A stretch of 64,000 nucleotides of DNA. Source: Haliotis rufescens. Taxonomy: Eukaryota. The notes under the pieces are model-generated. The model was given only the letters and a program-made list of their open reading frames with translations, made no database searches and was not told where the DNA came from. Numbering within the stretch: the stretch's first letter is position 1; each line of letters starts with the position of its first letter. The stretch is taken from contig NW_025964383.1 in NCBI RefSeq assembly GCF_023055435.1, positions 7,254,001 to 7,318,000 of the forward strand, written 5' to 3'. Of this stretch, positions 60,715-64,000 are shown in pieces. The translations under genes and the position numbers were made by a program.

Positions 60715-61888
60715 CACCGTATTGAGATCCTCCCGAAATAACCTCTACCCCTGTACGAATTCCCCCTTCCCCGAGTTACCCTCTTCCCTGGAGAAACACC
60801 ACACTGAATGCTCCTGAAATGCCCTCTAACCCTGAGGTAACACCCTATTGAGTTTCCCCTGAATTACCCTCTTCCCTTGAGAAACACCACACTGAATGCT
60901 CCTGAAATGCCCTCTACCCCTGAAGTAACACACTATTGAGTTTCCCCTGAATTACCCTCTTCCCTGGAGAAACACCACACTGAATGCTCCTGATATGCCA
61001 TCTATTCCTGAAGTAACACCCTATTCAGCTTCCCCTGAATTACCCTCTTCCCTGGAGAAAGACCACACTGAATGCTCCTGAAATGCCCTCTACCCCTGAA
61101 GTAACACCCTATTGAGTTCCCCCTGAATTACCCTCTTCTTGGAGAAACACCACACTGGATGCTCCTGAAATGCCCTCCACCCCTGAAGTAACACACTATT
61201 GAGTTTCCCCTGAATTACCATCTTCCTTGGAGAAACACCTCACTGAATGCTCCTGAAATGCCCTCTACCCCTGAAGTAACGCCCTATTGAGTTCCCCCTG
61301 AATTACCCTCTTCTTGGAGAAACACCACACTGGATGCTCCTGAAATGCCCTCCACCCCTGAAGTAACACACTATTGAGTTTCCCCTGAATTACCATCTTC
61401 CTTGGAGAAACACCACACTGAATGCTCCTTATATGCCATCTACCCCTGAAGTAACACCCTATTGAGCTTCCCCTGAATTACCCTCTTCCTTGGAGAAACA
61501 CCACACTGAATGCTCCTGAAATGCCCTCTACCCCTGAAGTAACACCCTATTGAGTTCCCCCTTAATTACCCTGTTCCTTGGAGAAACACCACACTGAATG
61601 CTCCTGAAATGCCCTCTACCCCTGAAGTAACACACTATTGAGTTCCCCCTGAATTACCCTGTTCCTTGGAGAAACACCACACTGAATGCTCCTGAAATGC
61701 CCTCTACCCCTGAAGTAACACCCTATTGAGTTCCCCCTGAATTACCCTGTTCCTTGGAGAAACACCACACTGAATGCTCCTGAAATGCCCTCTACCCCTG
61801 AAGTAACACACTATTGAGTTCCCCCTGAATTACCCTGTTCCTTGGAGAAACACCACACTGAATGCTCCTGAAATGCCCTCTACCCCTG
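60715..61888. repeat. Tandem repeat, 88-bp unit (2 x 44-bp subunits)
   Basis: ctgaatgctcctgaaatgccctctacccctgaagtaacacccta + ttgagttccccctgaattaccctcttccttggagaaacaccaca, about 13 copies. Confidence 0.95.
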
Positions 61889-62931
61889 GACCGAATTGAA
61901 ATCCTGTCATGTGTTTGTTGACATACTACTCTGTGGAGCAGTACCTGGTCAGCTGACTCCGCCACACTTCCTGAGCTGCTAGTACGACTCTCTAGTGCGT
62001 ATATCCCTGCTGCTAAGTGCATGTAAACTTCCCTCCATCCAAGTGTTCTCTCGGGAAGTGTCCCGATTCTATAAATACTTCCTCGTGATTTTGAGGTATT
62101 TACATAAAAGCGTCAAAACACTAACCATATCTGTAACAAAAGTCGATTGTACGATACCGATTATATCACGGGCATGTGTTTATGAATCACGATCACCTCA
62201 GAATGAAACCAAGTGTTCGTGAGAAGGTGAACGTACTCTGCCTCAGCCGTGGCCCCCGTCACAAACACGTTGTCAATATGAGCGGGAAATACCTATTCAT
62301 ATGCATACAGAAAGAGATGGGGATGCCCACTTCTTGCCTCAATGTCTTACCCCAAAAGTTTACATAGGTCTTATTTATCAATGAGGAACTCCAGCATTTG
62401 CTTTCATTTTTGACCAATTGTCATCATGGTTCAGGGAATAGTTTTTCCCTACGATTGTCGAGTGGGATAGTGGTATACAAAGTTGAAAAATCAAATGATT
62501 TGACAGAATTGATCATCCTAGCTTCACTGTATTTAGCATTACAGTTAATCTTTGAGACAGGGGCCTGGTGGTACATTTGCTGACTGCAGCACTTTGTCTC
62601 TATGTGTACAGATTGTTATGGAATCCAGTACAAAAGAGGAATGAACATGTCTTCAGATTTTAGAGTCAAGTCAAAAGTTGGTAGTACTGATGTATTATTA
62701 TCAATTATGTACTATATTATAAATATTATGTCCACCAAACACTGGGAAAATTTAACACACTCATGTCTTCCTCAAACGAAACATTTTTAAGAAATTTAGT
62801 TCCCTTTATCCACAATGAAATGGGTGTTCAGAAACTTATATTATTGCGATATCTGCAAGCTCGACGCAGTGTTATAATGTGTACTGGGTTGAGCTGAAGA
62901 CTGTATCAGATAATGTACCGTGGACCGATGA

Positions 62932-63082
62932 AGGGCGGTGGGGTAGCGTACGCTCGTCACGCCAAAAACCAAGGTTCGATTCCCCGAATGGGTATAATTT
63001 GTGAAGCCAATTTTTGGTGCACCCCGCCTTGATATTACTGAATTATTGCTAAAAGCGGAGTAAAACCATACTCACTCACTCA
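62932..63082 (+). mobile_element. SINE family A
   Basis: gctcgtcacgcc...ggttcgattcccc...aaaagcggagtaaaaccatactcactcactc. Confidence 0.85.
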
Positions 63083-63137
63083 TCCTCATGAGCCGATGGC
63101 CTATATCTGTACGTGATGTATGTGTGGCATAATTACA

Positions 63138-63750
63138 AGTGTTTTGTGTCTGGATTTGAATACCACGATCGAGACAGGCGTGTGATGTTTGTGTCTGCAC
63201 CTGAATATCATGATAGACACAGGCGTTTTGTGTTTGTGTCTGGATCTGAATACCATGATAGACACAGACGTGTGATGTTTGTGTCTGCACCTGAATACCA
63301 TGATAGACACATACGTGTGATGTTTGTGTCTGCACCTGAATACCATGATAGACACATACGTGTGATGTTTGTGTCTGGATCTGAATACCATGATAGACAC
63401 AGGCGTTTTGTGTTTGTGTCTGGATCTGAATACCATGATAGACACAGGCGTGTGATGTTTGTGTCTGCATCTGAATACCATGATAGACACAGGCGTGTGA
63501 TGTTTGTGTCTGGATCTGAATACCATGATAGACTCAGGCGTGTGATGTTTGTGTCTGCACCTGAATACCATGATAGACACAGGCGTGTGATGTTTGTGTC
63601 TGGATCTGAATACCATGATAGACACAGGCGTGTGATGTTTGTGTCTGCACCTGAATACCATGATAGACACAGGCGTGTGATGTTTGTGTCTGGATCTGAA
63701 TACCATGATAGACACAGGCGTGTGATGTTTGTGTCTGGATCTGAATACCA
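63138..63750. repeat. Minisatellite, 45-bp unit
   Basis: ctgaataccatgatagacacaggcgtgtgatgtttgtgtctggat, about 13-14 copies. Confidence 0.95.
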
Positions 63751-64000
63751 AAGCTAGCAAAGTGAATATCAGCCACATGGATATGTTCACCCTACATATT
63801 GCAAAACTGACATTATGAAAAGCATGCTCTGCTACAAATATAATAGTTAAACTAAACTATTACACATTTTCCATTGCTCGATGAAATCAACAACATGCAA
63901 TCAAAGCCTAGCGTGCATTCATACCTATTCAAAATGAGAATTGTCTCAAACAAAATAGTAGCACCGCTTACCACAAGTAGGGGCATTAGTATTATTAGAA

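Noticed and set aside
8355-63750. CRISPR-like appearance of the 28-45-bp repeats
   Set aside because: Units are head-to-tail with no unique spacers, there are no cas genes, and the context is eukaryotic.
63072-63790. Repetitive 132-229-aa ORFs
   Set aside because: By-product of a 45-bp tandem repeat that is open in several frames.

Overview
Eukaryotic, AT-rich, repeat-dense animal DNA. The tRNA-derived SINEs with (CACT)n tails and the Tc1 families suggest an invertebrate such as a gastropod mollusc; this is inference, not established. The main feature is a minus-strand multi-exon gene (27700-53085). I reconstructed 20 coding exons by hand (A-T in transcript order). All have GT-AG boundaries and matching phases, and they join into one open frame of about 1150 aa: three [YWTD beta-propeller + EGF] modules, a Ser/Thr-rich stalk, one transmembrane helix and a short tail with an NPxY motif. 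This is an LDL-receptor-family (LRP-like) receptor. Its first (signal-peptide) exon was not identified and no LDLa repeats were seen in the window. The rest consists of an intact Tc1 (DD34E) transposon, two decayed Tc1 copies, a decayed mariner, LINE remnants, several SINE families, MITE-like elements and about 20 different minisatellite arrays. The most striking pattern is that several intronic minisatellites of the LRP-like gene are tandem amplifications of the gene's own exon-intron junctions. One 1.2-kb intron is built almost entirely from copies of the two flanking exon ends and carries about 16 decoy splice acceptors.
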